A stretch of 64,000 nt of DNA. It comes from Camelus ferus. Its lineage: Eukaryota. Position 1 is the first letter of the stretch. Each line of letters opens with the position of its first letter. Position numbers and translations under genes: made by a program. Positions 37,501 to 52,500 of the stretch are shown piece by piece. The notes beneath the pieces were generated by a model. The model saw nothing but the letters and a program-made list of their open reading frames with translations. It was not told the origin of the DNA and did no database searches. The stretch is from contig NC_045696.1 of NCBI RefSeq assembly GCF_009834535.1, positions 98,148,001 to 98,212,000 of the forward strand. Direction: 5' to 3'.

Positions 37501-40500
37501 AAGAACTCTTGATAAGAGCTAGATATTTTTATCCCCATTTTACAGATAAAAGAACTGAAACTCAGAGAGGATAAAAGAATTTGCCCAAGGGCATGCAGCC
37601 CCGTAAGTGGCTGACTTGAGCTAGGTTCTTCTTGCTTTAAATCCTGTGCTCTTTTTCACTTCTCCTTGTGGCCTTGAAATACTTCAAAAGAAGTGTTGCT
37701 GGAGCTGGTTTTACCAATTGTAAAGAACAGAAGGAAGCTAAATATAAATCAGCCTCAGAGAAAACTTTGCTTTCAGTCAAGGCCAAACATGGCCAGCCTT
37801 TATTAATCCTTAGATATGAGTTTCCGACCACGTCTTATGCATGTTCTCTTTTGTCACCTGTTTTCTTAAAAAGAGGCCTTGGTCATAGAGCAAAAGACAG
37901 AGTCTAAATTGTCACATCTAACTCAAAGCCCAGGAGACAAAGGACTAACTAGTGTAATGTTTCCCCAGGCTCTGAGCTCCAGGGGGCTGGTGAGATGAAA
38001 AAGGCAAGGGTGTTCTTTTCCGCTGACCTGCGTTCCCAGGTAAGGTGATCAGGAAGCCCCTGTCTCATGACTGTGCTCATGGTCCTCATTGCCACCTCTG
38101 TGTACACGGCCAGTGTCACGACAGCGGGGGCTGCCTCTTCTAATCTTCCACTGGCCCATTATTACAATACAAGAAAACAAAAGCCCCAGACTGACTGTGG
38201 GGTATAAACCAATTCAAAGGAAATTTTCTTCAGAACTTTGTTTCTAACTTGAGGTTCTGAGTTTAACCATCCCTTGGGGTGAAAACACGTGGTAATGGAA
38301 GCATCAAAATGATCTTTAACTGCAGTTTCCTTCCTTCTGTGATAATGGGTAACTTACACCAAGGGAACAATGAGAAATTTACATTTTTACATTTTGGTGC
38401 AAAAGGAGAAGCCCCCAAGGCCTGCAGGCAGGACCGAGGAGAATGCTTTCGGGACTTGAAAAAACAAATATGTTTCTGAGGAGAAGGAGGAGAGTAAACC
38501 AGTGCTGGCTCTGGTTGCAAAGACCCGACTTGAAAGTAAGACAAGGAGTTGGGAAAGGCGTGCTTCAAGAGAGCGAGCCTGTCTGTCTTGGCAGACCCCA
38601 CGGGGAGCGTGGCAGTGCTTTCCCTGATGTAAACCAAATTCTTTCTTTGGCTGATCTGCATACATGTTTTTACAATTCAAGTAAAATGTGAAGCATGAGT
38701 CAGCTGAAGTTGCAAAGTTCATATAATTTTTTTTTTTATGGCAGTGGTGCTTCTTTCAAATAAATGTTAAAAGATAAATGCTGTGTAATGGGGATGTACA
38801 GCCTCTCTTGCACTTTAAATCTGCAGAAAATTGTAAACTATTTGTGAGGAGGTGTACGATCCTGTGAAATCCAGGGACCTCTGGCCAGGAATGAGACTCT
38901 ATTTATCTTTGTTTAAAACAGGGTTTCTCAACCTTGGCACCTTTGACACGTGGGCTCGATGATCCTTTGTTGTGGGGGCTGCCCTGCATGTTGTAGGGTG
39001 CTTATCAGCATCTCCTGGCCTCTGCCCACTACATGTCAGGGGCACTCCCACAACCAAAACATGACATGTACTATGACAACCAAAAACATCCCCCCAACAT
39101 TGCCAGACGTCCTCTGGGGGAAGGGCAAGGGGCAAAACTAGCTTACAGGGAAGTCAAATAAAAGACATAATTATGTTAAAGAAGCAAGTATTTTTGAGAA
39201 AAAATTGGAAAGGAAGACAGCGGGTTTTAAAGGTGCTCTGAATGCCTCATTTCCCTCTGTTGACGATAGTACAGGTGCCTCCTAAACACCGCTGCTAGGT
39301 CATTCTTACTAAAATAATGCTGCCTGCAGGTTGCCAGATTTAGCAAAAAAACAAAAGCCAGTAAAATTTAAATTTCAGGTAAACAGTGAATGCTTTTCCA
39401 GTATAAGTCTGTCCCATACAATGTTTGGAAGGTACTTAACCAAGTGGTTATCTGAAATCAGATGCAACTGGGAGTCTGTATTTGACCTGGCAATCCTGTT
39501 TACCAGGTCACTGGCTCTGGGCGCACTGTGATGCAGGATTCATTCTGACATTCAGGTCCCTCCATAGCCTGGTTACTTCACTCCAACTCTTCCCTCGTGA
39601 GAACACTCATAACAGGCTGACCACCCCCCCGGCCAACTCCATTTTTCAGTCCCACTGTTGCACATTTGTTGGCTCTTCTTTCTGCCTAAAATGCTTTCTT
39701 CCTTCCTCTGCCACCTAAATTCTGCCCATCCTTTAAGGCTCCGAACAAATGGCATCTCCTCTCTGTAACCTTCGCTGAACAGCTTCATTGCACATTGCTG
39801 TTTTCCTGCCCTGAATTCCTGCTACTGTGCCTAGTTGGAGACTTCCAATTCTGTACTTCTCTTGTGTGGTTTCTGATATCAGAGTCTTGATATTTCAGTA
39901 TAACCCTGCATTCTCAATGGCAGGAACCATGGTTTGCACCGAGCACTTAATAGGTGCTCAGTGGAATTTCTGGTAATTGCCTGATGTGTCATGTATTGAC
40001 TGGGCCCTGCAGGAAAATTTTAACAGGCCAAGAAGTCACTTAAAGTGTATAATGGTAAATCAGCAACTGGTTTCTCTAATCGAAGAAATTTTACAGTTGT
40101 CATTTAAAATATTTTTGTCTTTTAAATGAGATTAGAAATTCTGAGAAAATTGCTGAAGCAAATGTTCTGTGCCTCAAGTCCTGTCTGCCTTAGTTGCTGG
40201 CAGCCTGCCTGGCAGAGGGACTGTGACCCTTTTACTCTTGTTATTAGGCAGGGACGTGGTGACAGCTGTGACTGAGTGTGTGTGTGGCTCTGCAATTGTC
40301 CACCTCCTAATCACACTATTTCTTCCTCTGATTTTTATGTTTATCTCTAATCACGCACTTGCTTCATGCTCACATGCTTGGGTGGAGCAGTAGGTTTCCA
40401 TCTTGGTGGCTCGTTAAGTAAAACACTTTTAATTAAGAGGTAGTGAGGTGCCATGAGACAGGACGATGTTAGATTTTAGAAAAGGATTTCTATCTTTTGG

Positions 40501-43500
40501 TCAAGTTGAATAATTTTTCAGAAACTATTAGACTGTCATATTTCTCTTGGTTAATGTATATAAACCCATGAAAGTATGGGCCAGAATCATAGAGACTGGG
40601 CCCTGAGAAGTCAGGGATCTTAGTGGACTAGTGTGAATCTTTAGATATGTCCAGGGACAGAGGTAATAATCATGTATCTATAGGATAAAAGACTTTATTC
40701 ATTAATGTATGGTCTTTTGCAGACCAGCTGCATGGTGTACTGACATGGCCTCACAGATGTGTGTGAGTGTGTCTCTGGAAATTGGGGCAGCCTAGGAAAT
40801 TCTTCAGGACCCAATAGCTCCAGGCTCAGTGCCACCTCTACTGCTGGTATTGGCTTAGTCCAGTCTCCATTGTCTCAGCTGGAAAATGAGAAAGCAGAAC
40901 CAGAGAAATTCCAAGATTTCCAGCTGTAAAATTCTGTGCTTCTAATGCAGGAATGTACTGATGGATAGTGCCCTGGATTGGCACCTTTGTGTAGTGTACA
41001 TTGGTTTTCCATTTGGTCAGTCTGGGGAATGGGTCAAGATACTTAGTGATTGGTTATTATTCTGAGTTCCTGCTTTTGAACTTAGAAGTGGTATTATAAT
41101 AATTATTATTGTTAACAGAGCCATGGAGGCCTCTTTGGGGGAAATGTAGACCAAAGATTGGGAGCTTCTCTGTTCTCAATAAATGCAAAGGTATGGATAA
41201 GTCTGGAAGCCTTTTCAATTATGCATCCTAATTTTTATTTCCTCTGATGATGAAGAGGTCATATATTTCAATATTTCATTACCTTTTAGAATTTTGGAAA
41301 TGTAAGTATATTCTGTTTTTGGGCCTTAAAACTAATTTTGAGGATACTGATAGCTTTATATCAAAGAAGTCAACACTGAGGAACTGGACAGTTTATGACG
41401 CATTGGAAACTCACAGTGCAATTTGTATTCTTTCTTTAAATAATATAATGTGCGTAAAAGCAGTTTGCAATCAGGATAGCATTGTACAGTGTAAGATACT
41501 CTTATGATTCCTTGTACTTTTTACTCATCTGCTGAAGATATATTTTTTGGTAGCCTGTGTAATCCATGGTATTACTTCTCTTGCATGTTTACTTCATTGG
41601 TCTTTTGCATTCCCATCTCTGCCTTTCTTCCCTGTAAAGGTTGTCTCATGATATAACTGTCAGGTAATCTACATGTAAGATCTTTCAGAAATGAGGCCAT
41701 GTACATTTTTATCATGACTCAGATAGCAAAGGGTTGCTACTTATGGTATGTCCTAAATTTGGACTGAGAATGCTGATATTATTATATAGAATAATTTCCT
41801 TCTGATTATTTCATTGAAGCAATTTTTTTTTGCTACAAATATGATCCTATAGATTTTATAGGTATAAAGAAAAATAAGAATCATATATATATATGCCAAA
41901 ATCTGTATATGACAAAGTCCATTTTACATTCCTTTAAGAAAATTCTGAGTTATCTATGATGTGGTTTGGTGCCAATAATTCATCTTATTAATCTTTTACT
42001 ATCTTTTGTTTTCTACAGTGGGTTCATATTTTTCTAATTGAGAATTAATATGGGGCCACTGGATTTGGATGGAGCACTCATCTTTCTAGGGCAATACTTT
42101 TATTTTTTTAGTGATATCCTTATTGCAAATAAAAACCATGAAAAAAGTAATATTTTTATTTTTGAGAGACTCAAATTCTATTTTGGCTATACATGTATTT
42201 ATAATAACACTATAGTTATGAGTTGTTCTAGCAAAATGTGCTTAGGAAGTAAGTGAATTGGATTTATACAAAATAAGAAAAAAGATTGAAAGGCTCTCTA
42301 GTCAACTATTCAAAATATGTGAGTTGCTTTGGGGTGCCAAACTAAACTCAGATCCCAAGTGAATCAACTAATCAAATAACATGCATCTTAGATTTTACTA
42401 ATGACATTCAAGTATTTCTTTTAAGATACTAGGTAAAAGTTTAATCATAGGAAAAAATGATTGGAAGTTAAAGTAACTTTTAAATCAATGTTTGTGATAT
42501 AAGCACTAGATAAGTTTTGTATTTTAGTCACCTATTTTATGCTCTGGCAAACGTATGACATAGCATGTACTTTTCATTCAATTTATTAGTTTTTTGAGTA
42601 TAAAAATAAACACCCAAAGTAAGATTATTTTGTGGTTTGTGGTTTTTTTTTGAGAATTGATTATGAATATTTTACTTTGATATAATTCTGTTTCACTTCT
42701 TTGTTAGAATTTAAAACAATTTTGGAGAATTTAATTTTCTAATTTTTTTCTTTTTCTAATTTTTAAAAAACTATTACCACTCTTTCCTTGCTTTTACATG
42801 GAGAAGTGATTCTTAGGGAAGAATGTCAGTGGATCACATTCTCCTGGAATGGTTTCACATCACTTGGGGCACATGTGAATTGGCCCACTAAACTCACTCT
42901 GAGTCTTGGGTCTTTTCCTGGAGAAACTGTAGGAAATAGCAAGAATTATTCATGAGATTCCAAAGGTAGAACTTACTTGATTCTTTTTTTTTTTTTTAAA
43001 GGATAATTTGTAAGACTTTTAGAGCAGCCCAGATACTATGTTATTATTGTATGGAGCCAGTGGGGCAACAAAGATTTCAAGATTGCTAAAAGGGTTTAAT
43101 CTTATTCACCAAATAAGAAAAAGTATTGAAACTTTGTGAAGCAGCTCAATTCCAAAGAACACTTTCAGCTTTTTTGTTCAGCTTTTTTGTTAGACTAAAC
43201 ACTTTTAGTCTTTTATGTTTAAAAAACTAGTTGATATTGAGCAGACTGGATATATTGGTTGTTGTTATATTTAATATGGCTTCTAATTTTATTCTCAATA
43301 TTTTACTTATTAACTCATTAATGCTTGGTTTTTACGGCTTTGTCTCTTCTGATGTACAATTTAAACACTCACAGGAATTAAGCAAACAACATACCCATAC
43401 CTCTTTCCTCTGGTGACCAGAAATCTAGGACTGAAACAAGGACCACACCCATCTCTGGACAGCAGGCCTATGAGCACCCACTGCTGGGAACACTTACAGA

Positions 43501-46500
43501 CTGAACAGAATTGGAAAACTCAAACATTTAATGGTTCCAACTAATGATGTTCTCCTTTGTTTTTTGGCTATGGTTAGGGAATATGGAAAGCTTTTTAAAA
43601 AATAGCATTTCTTTTTAAAGAAAAGTTTAGCTATCAGTTTTCTAAGAGACTGAGTTATTTTTTTGTTTTGCTCTTCAAAAAATATGTAAGCATTACATGT
43701 TTTATTTGGTCTCTGAAAGACTGCATCTAAAAGTCCAAAACAACAGTTTTCAGTTTATAAAGTTACTGGGTCTTTGAATTTATTCATTTAGGTAAGCCAA
43801 ATATCTATGTCATGGGCTAACTGGAATAATTTTTTATTTTTTTGGCATAACTCAAATGCTTTAAATCTTATACTTACTCTTTTAAATCATTGGTCCCAAC
43901 TTCTGGCAGCCAGATGTTCATAAATTAAAAAAAAAATTGTTTGAAAGATTCAAACCTGCTTATTTTAAAAAAATATGCATAGATCTAGGGTATTTGTTAA
44001 TGTGAATATTATAAAACTCTTATATTATTTAACTGTATGTGGTTAATCTTGATTCTCCAACAAGATTGCTAATTTTTTTTTTCAGTTTTGGGAGTCTTCT
44101 TTATTGTTTATTATTTACACTGTTACTTAATGTTTTTATGGTTTTATTATTAATAAAAATTTATTTTATTTATATTTTATTTATTTTTACTTGAACAGTA
44201 GTCAAGAAGAATGCTAATTTTTTGAAACAAGAATATTTAATTTTCTTTGCATTATTTCTCATATCTAGTAAGGACCCATTCATATCATTTGTTCATTGAT
44301 TAATTTGCTTCTATGTATCGCCTAATCCAACAGCGAAATAAGCAATTTTAGGATCTTATCACTTAACCCAGTATCAACCAAATACTCCAGATTCCTAATG
44401 ACATCTGCCATACTCTGCCTGTGTCAAATCCAGCTCAAGGGCAACTTGTGAAATTGACTTTCTGATTAAGATTAAGTATGAGGTGAAGGAACTTCATTGA
44501 TCTGAAATCATCATGTGTGTCATTATTGCGGTGAAGCAGGAGGAAGTGGAACTATTATCATTTTGAAGACTAGTGAATTAATCATATATTGGGGATCATT
44601 ACCTGCATCAAAATCATATTTCTTCTAGACAATTTATCTAGCCAATTTCAGATTCCTTGTAAATCTATAGTATTAAGTTTTTTGCTTCTATTACCAAAAA
44701 TCAATAATGGAACTTCCAGAAATTATTCTTATAATAATTTTTTTCCAGAAATAGAATTTAAAAAATCTCAACAGTGAAATAGTAGATCTACTACCATGAC
44801 TACTTACCAACTCCTTGTTGTCCTTCGGGAGTGCATAACTGTAGGAGTAAGGGTAGAGCATCATCTGGGAGTATGAGTGGATTGTCAGGTATGCTTTGAT
44901 GGAAGAGAGGTTGTCACGGATGAAATCAGCCAGGGCCTTGGTCTCTTTTTCAGACTCTGCAGTAGATCCACAGTAAGTTTCATCACAGGGGTTTTGAGAG
45001 GCTCCAATTGCTGGAAAAACATATATTGTTGTTAATGGCAAATGGTCGTCTACTGAAATTCTCCCAGGGCATGTTTCAAAATTTCAAACTACAGAGTTCA
45101 AAAAATAAGTTGTTTTCACAATAGTTTATAATCATCCTCGCATGTATATGCATTATAAAGTACATTTAGTCACAAGATTAGGTTGGTTTTAAGCTAACAG
45201 TGTAAGAAGTTGCATGTGAAATCACCAATGTGTCCCCGTGTAGTACTAAACAATGAGATCAATAAAGTGTAAGAAAATTAATAAGTAGGGGGCAAACTAA
45301 TATCCAGGAGAAATTTCTATATTGTTGTAATCATTTACTGAGAATTGAATCACGAAAGTATAATTATATCACAATTTTATTTAAATAATTATTTAATGGT
45401 GGTCTCCTCTTGATTGTGCATTCCACAAATAGGATCATGTCTGGTTTGTTCAATCTCACGTTTCCTGCATCTAGCATAACTGGGAACACAATAGAGTAAG
45501 CAATACATTTTTATTGACTGAATGAGTAAACTGTTTATTGTCTGTGCTTTCAGAAAGTTAGAATTCTAAAATATAGAATTTTATATTTTTTTCTTGTTTT
45601 AGACACTTGTGTTTTCCTCTGTAGTTTTTCTTTGTATGCTTTTCAATAGCTGCATGTAGAATGGTCAGCCAGTTACTTACAGCACCAACGAGCATCAAAA
45701 TTTCTGTTGGGGTCTGTGCCAATGCAGGTAGTTCCAGCATTGGTGGAGCGGGTCTTTCTCCACATTCGGTTCTGAAAGTGCACTATATGGTTAGGACAAA
45801 TATGATAGAAAGTCATTAGTTTTAATTTTATCAGCCCCTCCTGGTATTGGTTCATATACCTTGGTCCAGGTGTAGATGTAGCCATCAATATTGAGCACAG
45901 GCAAGACATAAAAGTCTAGCTTGTCGAGAAGTTCTGTCATGTGGCTCTCACTTCCATAGGTGCCAACAGCCTGTGTATAAATTACAAAGCAGAATTTCAT
46001 GGAAAAGTGGAATGTATTATAGTGTTAAAATTTACATAGACTGTGCGAATATTGACTTTAGTAACAAAACTGCTGCCCCTCTTTGAGGTAGATATTATTA
46101 ATATTTAAAAAGCAATTAGTGAAATACTACTGACAGTTTTTTAAAAAAATAGTTTCTAATTCTTCTCTGTTTCTAGAATACTCTATTTCATCCATATGTA
46201 ACTCAAATAATGATTTTCATTTTAACTTTTTCCCTTAGAGATGAACAAAAAATTTAATAAAATTAAAGACTTTTTAAAGAGCATTTCCTCATTTGATGCA
46301 GTAAGCATTACTCATTTCCTTTGAAATAGAAATTGCAGTCACTTTTTCTCAAAGTTAGTAGGATATGAGGGTAAGACCTATTTCTAGAAAGTAAGGAATG
46401 TCTACGGATGTCTATGCATATTCCTAATACTGTCATCTAGAAATTGTTTAATTTTGGTGAGACTGCCTGTAGATGGTTTCATTAGAGGAAGTGGCTGACA

Positions 46501-49500
46501 TAGAAGAAGAATGAAAAAGCCTCTCACTGTGAAGTGAGTTTACACTGATGGTTTTTGGAGAGTCTCTCACCAAGGCTCCAACTGCATAATGATGAAAGGC
46601 TTCTTCTTACTCCTCTTTCCTGAGAACGGAACCTTGTTAAGGGTCTAGTTCTCCCTAAGTAATATGGACACTTATCTATGAATGACCTCATCCCCCTTTA
46701 TTATGTTCTCTTAATCACAGTTCTTCAGCCCCAGGATCATATTAAACTTACATTTAACTCTTCCCCAGGCTTGCCTGAGTAGATTTTAAAATATTTACAG
46801 CTTCTATGTAGTAATAGTTTTATAGACTCTTTGTGACTCTACACATGTATGTTTGTTAAAATAACACATGATAGAGCATTTTAGGTTGGAGAAGCTATAG
46901 AATCCTGTTCTGTTAGTGGTCTATAATTAGAGATAACCCAAGTAATATTGAAAGTCCTTTCCTTCTAGAGGGCAGATGGTGAGATACTGAAATTAAATGG
47001 TGCCAATTGGATACATAACATGTCTAGAAACCAAAAACCTAGTAAATAGATACGGAAGTGCTTTACATACTTATATAGTAATATTCTTATATTTTAAAGC
47101 ACTTTGATACTTTAAACTTTTACTTTTGAAATCATTTTAGACTTATGGAAGAGTTGCAAATATGAGGAGTTCCCATATACCCTTCACCCAGTTTCCTTTA
47201 ATGTTGCCTTCTTACATAATCATGGTACAATGATGAAAGTAAAGAAATTAATATTGGTGTAGTACTATAAACTAAACTATTGGCTTTAATTTAGGTTTCA
47301 GTAATTTTTCCGCTAATGTCCTTTTTCTCTTATAGGATCCAATGTAGAATCCCACATTGTATTGGGTTGTCATTATTTCCTTAGTCTTCTCTTATCTGTG
47401 ACAGTTCCTCAGTCTTTCCTTGTCTTTTATGACTCTGACACTGTTAAAGAGTACTGGTGTGGTTATTTTGCAGAAGGTTCCTCAATTTGTCTGATTTTTT
47501 TTTCTTTTTTAATGATTAGAGGGAGGTTATGCATTTTGGGAAAGAAAACCAAAAAGATGCTGTATCTTCTTAGTGCATAATATCAGGGGTTGCATGATAT
47601 TGATTGTATCTTATACTGGTGATGATCCTGACCCTGCTGTTGTTAACCTTGATCACTCGGTTAAGGTAGTTTCTGCTAGGTTTCTCCTCTGTAAATTTTG
47701 CCTTTGTAATTTAATGCATAATTTTGGGAGATATTTTGATGCTGCAAATATCCTATTTTTCTTTAGACGTTTACCCATAACTTTTTGCATCCATTCATAG
47801 ATTTTCCTGAAGCAGTCATTACTGTGGTGTTCTAGTGGTAACTTTCTATTTCACTCATTTGTCTGCCCATTAGTTGCAGTTCTTCTATAAGAAAGAGTTG
47901 TCTCTTCTCTCCCTTTTCTGTGTTTATTGAATCATCTATTTATGTCAGTATGGGCTCATGGATATTTAAAAGGGTTTTCAGGTCTATCTTATCATTAGAA
48001 TTATAGGGAGTGACACAGTATCATCTAGAACAGGGACTGCATGTACTGTCTTCTTTCATTCTGAAGTAGGGTGCATTGATTATCATCCAGGGGATAATGC
48101 TCAAGTTAGGTGTTTATCCACTACCATTATCACTTTTAAATGACCTATCTATTAGTCTTTTCACCAAAGGTGGGTGAGAAAGTTCAGATGAGTGAAATTC
48201 AAATAAATATAATTTGCTAACTGTTTTAAAATTTTGCCTTATGAAGTTCTCTCGGTGACCTTTATAGCTTTCAGCTTGGAATTACAAGTTTTCTTTGTGC
48301 GATTATTCTCTTTTATTATAGCTAGGTTATAAGGGATTGATTAAAAAATGCTTTCTACTTTCCTCCGCCGATAATCATTCTACATACTGACCTCTCTCAC
48401 AAACCACTGGCAAAATGCAGGGGAAATCCACTCTCTGGCATGGAAACCACAGTCCATGAAAATGGCAGGCTTATTTGACCCAGATGTGCCAACCTAGTGC
48501 AAACAAAAGGAAAAGGGAAATGGTGATTCATCACCTTCAGGAGTTAACATTCACTACCCATCTGGGCTTTGGACTCAACAGGTGAAAATTGACAGCAGCA
48601 AGAGATATATCCCATGATTAAATTAAAACATAATACTAGCACAGTATGTTCTTGCCTCTAGACAACTCACAATGTTTGAGCTGAAAGCTTACATGGCTGT
48701 TTATTATTTTTATTAAGCTTGACAAGCTCATATTTTCAGAAGATGCTTGATTACTCTGCTTAATTGTACTCACGTGGAGGTTATTTTCTGCTGCTATTAT
48801 TAGGTGACATGACCAAGACAACTGGATGAGTAATTAGAAGTAATCATGATTGTTGCTAATCTTGTAAGAATTTTTCCTTCTCTGCTACTTATTCCTTGTT
48901 TTTTCATTTTCTTCATTAGAATTGCATGATAAGAATGGCATTAGAGGATGACAGAAACAAATTGTTGATACACTGTGTAATGTTTTCTGATAGACATGAA
49001 GTTTATGAACCTCTTTAACAAATGGATCTGCAGATAACATCTGGGAGAGAAAAATTTCATCAAGGTAGATGATCATTTACATTGCTTACAGGAATGTGGT
49101 TAAATTTATAGGACTTCTCTTACTTTTATTGCATTTTTCCTTTTGAATAAATCAAAATAATGACTTAAAAATTCACATATCATGAAAGAATCTGGGGAAT
49201 CTGTTTGATTCCCTAGGGGATATAGGCAGGAAAAGAGTTATAACAGTGTTTGGGATGAACATGTCTGTGAAACAGATGTTAATGTGTTAGAATTCATTGA
49301 TTTAAAGCCCTTAGACATGTCAAGGTCATGGTTAAAAAGGATTACCTTGAGGAGGTATATATTGTTTCCTGAAAATGTGGTTCCGATGACACTGCGAGAG
49401 ACGAGGTCTGGATTTTCACTGGTGATTTGTTGAGTCCAAGCCTCTATCTACCAAATGGAATCATTTGTGGATTAATGTGACATTCTTGGTTCAATTCCCA

Positions 49501-52500
49501 AAGCAGTATCTGTGTAAATCGTGTGCACGTCGTACCGTTTCCCAGTCGTTGTACTTCTCGTAACTGTGTCCAGTTGCGTACACCCTGCTGTCAAGCTGAG
49601 CCTCCAGCACAGATCCCAGGTTGCTTATCAATACCCTGTAATAAACCAGAGAGGGTGCTTCTGTGAACAGAGCCATGTCTCCCAGTGAATATATGCAAAA
49701 GCCCAGTCTCCACTTTAGCAGATGGCACAGGGAGTCAGATGTTTCCTCTGATTGTTCTTGATGCTCTTCAACTTGAGCTACTCATCACAAAGCGCGAGTA
49801 AATCACTGAGAAGGATACTGGAGACTGTGAGCGAAGCAGGCTCTTCTTTGGCTCAGACTTCACATGTTTGGGTGTCTTTGTACCTTAAACTCAGAAAATG
49901 GTTTCCCTGATACCTGGGGCATTCTGGGTCAGGGCCTTGGGCTGCCACACAGAGGCATGCATTCAAGCCCTATCTATGGTCTTTCTTCCTCAGGACTTTC
50001 CTGGCTTTGGTACTGAAATCTCCATGTCACAGGAACCTTCTTAGTCCAGGGTAAATTGGGCTAGCTGGTCACCTGAGGCCTTTCTCTAGGCTTTGAGAAA
50101 AATATCTTTCTGCTTGCTTTTCTTTTGGCTGGTTTAAAATAATATAATAATGGTTCTGTAGTGAGGTAGTATAAAAATTGGTGACAGAAACTTTGAGGCC
50201 TGCTTATTTCTATAAATGACTGTTCAGATTCAAGTTTTTATTATAAGAGGCAGGCATGAAGGTATGGGTATGTGTGACCTTGTTTCTCCTGGCAACTTTT
50301 GAGTGGAAACTATGTTCTGAAGGGACAAAATTTTATGAGCATTAATGTCCTTGATCATGTCCTTGGTCACTGTAAATATTATGGGCAGTAGCTAGTTTGT
50401 AGAAATGTCTGTCATCCACAGTCAAGCCTTGAAAGGTTTTTATCTGACACACAGAGAACTGCAGCCGCACATCAAAAGTCTACGTCTCCTCCGGCAGCCC
50501 CAAGGGCATTTTGATGAAGTATGTCAGGGACATCTTCTGAATCTCTCTCCTGGTCTCTTCTTCATTTGGTTAACTTGGACATGAACTGGTGTTTATGGGA
50601 AAAACAGTAAATTAGTACTAAATGATATTTGTTTCCTAGCAAGAGGCAAATACTATCTTAAGGTAGTATTAAAAAAAAAGAAAAGGGAGAAGTTTTAAAG
50701 ATTTATTTCTGGGGAAAGAAAATTTCCCATTAAGTACTTTCGTTAGTATATTTGTTTCTCTGTCTGCTGTAAGTTACCACAAATGGAGTGGCTTAAAACA
50801 ACGTGAATTTAATATTTTACAGTTTAGAAATCAAACACGGGTCTCACTGGGCTAAAATCGAAATGTCAACAGGGAGATGCCCCCGTCTGAAAGCTCTAGG
50901 GAGAATCTGATTCCTTGCCCTTTACAGCTTCTAGAGGCTGCCCACATTCCTTGGCTCTTTGCCCTTCTCCTCCATCTTCAGAGACGGTACCAGCAGCTCA
51001 AGTACTTACGTTTCATCACTCTGACCTCCTCTTCTGCCTCCCTCTTCCGCTTGAAAGGACCCTGTGGTCAATTTGTATTTATCTGGGCAACCTTGGATAA
51101 TCTACATATTTTAACTACAGCTGCTTAGCAACCTTAATTCCATCAACAACCCTAACTTCTCTTTGCCATTAACATAACATATTCATATACTTGGGGGATT
51201 GGGATGTAGACATTTTGGGGGGATAGTCAGGAACTACAGTTAGGAACAGTTGTATTAAGTGCTATAATTAATTATATTCAACACCCAAAGTGAATTGCTA
51301 GGGAATAGGGTGGAATTAGAAAGAATCTAAAATTAGGAATCAAAAGGTCAGAGTCATAGTTTTGCCTAACATGTAAATTGACTTCAGAAAAGTCATTTAA
51401 TCTCTGGCCCTTAATTTTTATAATTTTTAGAGTCAGATATTTGATTAGCTGGTATCCAGTGTCCTTTTCAGTTCTAGAATGCAATAACTTAATTCAACTC
51501 CATAGACCTTGGTCATTTACATAGATGTCTTCCAAGGTTTATCAAAAAAAAAAAGTAAACTATAGTAAAGTTGCTGGTTACCACCCTCATAAACACCAAG
51601 GAAACATCTAGAATAGAGATAATTTAAATATAACTAAAAACAAATGAAAACAAAGCAAGTAAAACAAAAACCTTGAAAATTAAATATCAACAAGCAGAAA
51701 CCTTTAAGAAAACAACTATATTCCAAGATCATCAATTTGAAAGAACAAATCCTGCCTAACAAGGATGAACTTCTCTGATAGAATGGCAAAACTAAAAATC
51801 CAAGAGGAAATGGCAAATGACGTCTGCTTTCACTTTAACAAGATTTTCCACTGTTAGTGAGCAAATAAAATGACCGTCTTGGTCACATGGCTTCTTAGAG
51901 GGGGCCCAGAGAAAAGAAAGCATCAGCTAACTGCTCCTGGGCATTGTACAGCCTCAGGACATTCTATTGCCTTTTGTTTTCAAGAACAGAAGCACGCTGG
52001 TTTCTGACTACCAGGACCGGCTCTGAGTGGAGGGAGAAGTAGAGCTTCTATAGCAAACTGCAAAATCCTATCTTTTGCGTCCAATCCTCAAATTCAAATT
52101 ATTTGGGAGAATAAGTGACTGTGGAGGTTGCTACTTAGTTTGGTACTAAGAAGAGACATTCCGTTAGAGTTATTATTATGTTAAATATTACATATTTCAT
52201 CAATAATCAGGACAAAGAAGCATAATAAAACCAGTTAGATTTAAGATGGCACCCAAGAGTAAAAATGTCCTCTAGTAACTTGCAAACGAGTATCAGAAGA
52301 AGGTTGAAATGTGGTTGCTGACTTTTGCCTGAAGGTGGGGGGATTGACCGTAAATGATACTTCCCAGTCCTATGATTATTTGATATTATTAGATTTAGGG
52401 CAAAGCACTACTTTAACTATATTACAAAATATTATTACTAAATAATGAGCTTCTGTTCTACGAGATTAAAACAATGCCTCTTAATGTAATAGGAACTGCA

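Noticed and set aside
36294..38722. 137-aa, 132-aa and 111-aa ORFs as a nested gene in CPB1 intron 9
   Set aside because: No recognisable domain or splice structure. The 36294 ORF overlaps pyrimidine-rich L2-like sequence, and the lengths are within chance expectation.
49715..49728. TTAGCAGATGGCAC as a CTCF site
   Set aside because: Lacks the 5' CC of the core motif; too weak to report.
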